The notes below the pieces were generated by a model. That model ran no database searches. It saw only the letters and a program-made list of their open reading frames with translations, and was not told the origin of the DNA. A stretch of 64,000 nucleotides of DNA, from assembly GCF_009914755.1 (NCBI RefSeq), contig NC_060936.1; one strand, given 5' to 3'. The DNA comes from the human T2T-CHM13v2.0 reference genome, Homo sapiens. The position numbers and the translations under genes were made by a program. Positions 61,770 through 64,000 of the stretch are shown here, piece by piece (within the stretch, counting starts at the first letter, position 1; every line of letters begins with the position of its first letter).

Positions 61770-63990
61770 TTGGTGTTGTTTCTGTCATGCTCTCACAGGA
61801 ACATGATCTGTTCAGCATTGTTATCAATGATTTGAATAAATAGAAAAAAATATCTTTCCAATTCTGTAGTTTCTGTAGAGCTAGGAATGACAATTAATAT
61901 GCTGGAGATCAGAGTCAAATTTCAAAGATAGTTCAAATAACAGAGATAAACTAACAAATTCAACTGAGGCAGATACGAAGTCTTGTACTTATGTCCAAAG
62001 ACTGAGTTACACAAAAACATTACTCAACAGATGTTTATATGACAAAGAGCTGGAAATTTCAGTTTGTTTCAAGGTCAGTACTAGCAAGGAGGGTGCTCTT
62101 GAAACAACCTCCTTTCCTGTTCCCATGGTAGACATGATTAATTGTTTATTCTTTCTGATTACATAATCTTGAGTAGTATTCACTGATACAGATACCCTCT
62201 GTCAAATGTAAATTAAATTCCACTATAAAATTTATATTCTCATTTACAGATCAGTTCATATTTGGAATATTGTAGACCTCAGGACTCCTTAGGGAGGCAT
62301 AAAGTCATACTCACAGATGAGAGGGTAGAAGTTAGGAAGGTTAAAACTTGTCACGATATCAAGTCACTACATCAGAGATAAGAGCAGTTAAAGAAGAAGC
62401 TGGTCAGGACTTGTTGACAGTGGTGTAACAGCTGGATGAAAAAGGCAGTAGGCACTAATGATACAACGCCTCTAGACAAATAATAATGAGCAAGAATCCG
62501 AAAGGGGTGCATTCCATCAGTATGTTAACAGGGAATTTGTGCGGGAAATCCCTGAAATCCAAAGAGAAAGCCACTCAGCATCTGTAGCTTTTGTCAATGT
62601 GTTATGGGACTCCAGGTCATCCAGCCAGAGTTTGTGGTGGTAGGATTCTTTTCCCAAAGAAGCATAACTTATAAAAGAAAGCATAGTGGAGATGGAGGAG
62701 GAGGATAAGGATGAGGAGGAGGAGGAGGAAGAAGAAGAAAGAGGAGGAGGAGGAGGAGGAGGTAAGAAGAGGAGGAGGAGAAGGAAGAAGAAGAAGAAGG
62801 AGGAGGGGGAGGGGGAGGTGGCACAGGGAAGAGGAGAAGGAGGAGGAGGAAGAAGGAGGAGAAAGAAGAAGAAGAAGGAGGAGGGGGAGGAGGAGAAGGG
62901 GGGACAAGAAGGGAGAGCAGGAGGAAAACAAGAGGAGGAGGAAGAAAAAGAATCAGCAGAAGAAGCAGGAGAAAAAAGAAGAAGGGGAGGCGGAGGAGAA
63001 GAAAAGGAAGAAGGAGGAGGAGAAGGAGGAGAAGGGGAAGGGGAAGGAGAAGGAAAGAAGGAGAAGAAGGAGGAGAAGAAGAAGACTCATAATGGAAATT
63101 TGAAGAAATATAGTCCTATGAACACAAGGAACTTCAGGCACAGGATTTCTTTACAAGAGCAAGAGCACTTCAGGAGAACATGCTACAACAAACAGCACAT
63201 TTAGAAACCCAGGATTGGCATGGAGACCTTGAATCCAGGGATACGTGCAGCAGATGTTACTAGGACCCAAACCAGAGGCTCAGTGATTACCTCTAGTCTA
63301 TTTTGTCCTAGGTCATCACCCTGGGAAGGGTCTGGGATGCTCAGCCCCACCCAGCAGAGGTACTGAGGCTGCATAAATTCTTCCTGCTTTAAGCCTGTTT
63401 TAAGCTGGGCTCTAGAGTAAGAATGATCCCGGAAAGAAGAGAGTCAAAGGATGCAGCTATAGGGGAGCTAGGAAAAGCACATCAGAAAGGAAGTTAAACA
63501 GGGACTGACCCATATCAGGTTTCAGCTTTCGGAAATGATGCTTTAAGCACAATTTTTACAAGCTGGCATCTACCCAAATAGGAACTAGTGAATGCTCTGA
63601 GGGAGAAAAAAAAAAGTCACCTGATAAAAAGTTTGAGAAACCAAGGATGTTTCCACTTGAAAAGCAAGGATTTTAGGAGTCGAACAATAGCCATTCTCAA
63701 AGAAAAATCTATCATATATAAAAGCATCAATAATTTTTTTTCCTCTGAAACTCTGGAAAAACTAGTACTAAATAATGTAAATCCTAGGGAGGCAGATTTT
63801 GTTTCAAATTAAGAAATAACATACTAATCATCAGACTTGCATATAAGCAGGATGGGCAAAAATTAGTAAACTTTCACCTCTTTAATATTTCATTTGAGGG
63901 TAGATGACCATAAATATAAAATATGTTTATCAGTGAGAAGTCAGATTAAGTGACCTATAAAATTCAAGCCTCTCCTAAGATTCTGTGAAT
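61770..63990 (+). mobile_element. L3/CR1 relics (about 61770-62070 and 63480-63990)
   Basis: ttcagcattgttatcaatgatttg RT-like segment and gggaggcagatttt...ctaagattctgtga CR1 3' end. Confidence 0.55.
62690..63085 (+). repeat. ~400-bp GA-rich (GAG/GAA)n low-complexity polypurine tract in a TSPAN8 intron
   Basis: Almost purely A and G on the plus strand. Confidence 0.95.
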
Positions 63991-64000
63991 TTCCATGACA

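Noticed and set aside
62617-63204. E/G/K/R-rich ORFs of 104-172 aa
   Set aside because: These are artefacts of the stop-free GA repeat and show no splice or domain evidence.

Overview
This is AT-rich, repeat-dense primate DNA, most likely human 12q21.1. The only recognisable host gene is TSPAN8 (tetraspanin-8/CO-029) on the minus strand. Its last three coding exons (60199-60330, 56837-56920, 52840-52893), 3'UTR and poly(A) signal lie in the right fifth of the window, and the supplied ORF track misses all of them. The first ~52 kb is downstream intergenic sequence made mostly of transposable elements: a full-length old L1MA (minus strand), two young direct-repeat L1PA2 copies, a complete THE1 MaLR provirus, several solo LTRs, Alus, DNA-transposon MITEs and MIR/L2/L3 relics. 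The most unusual signal is the L1PA2 pair (25875-31146 and 45580-51610). Each copy has its own target-site duplication, so they are separate insertions, yet they share many non-consensus substitutions and two identical inactivating frameshifts in a patchy pattern. This points to ectopic gene conversion or local trans-mobilisation of a dead element. The full-length copy also has a mutated YY1 site and a frameshift-extended ORF0, and its antisense promoter points at an inverted Alu pair. I found no convincing novel protein-coding system. Repeat subfamily names and consensus comparisons are from memory and by-eye alignment, not database searches.
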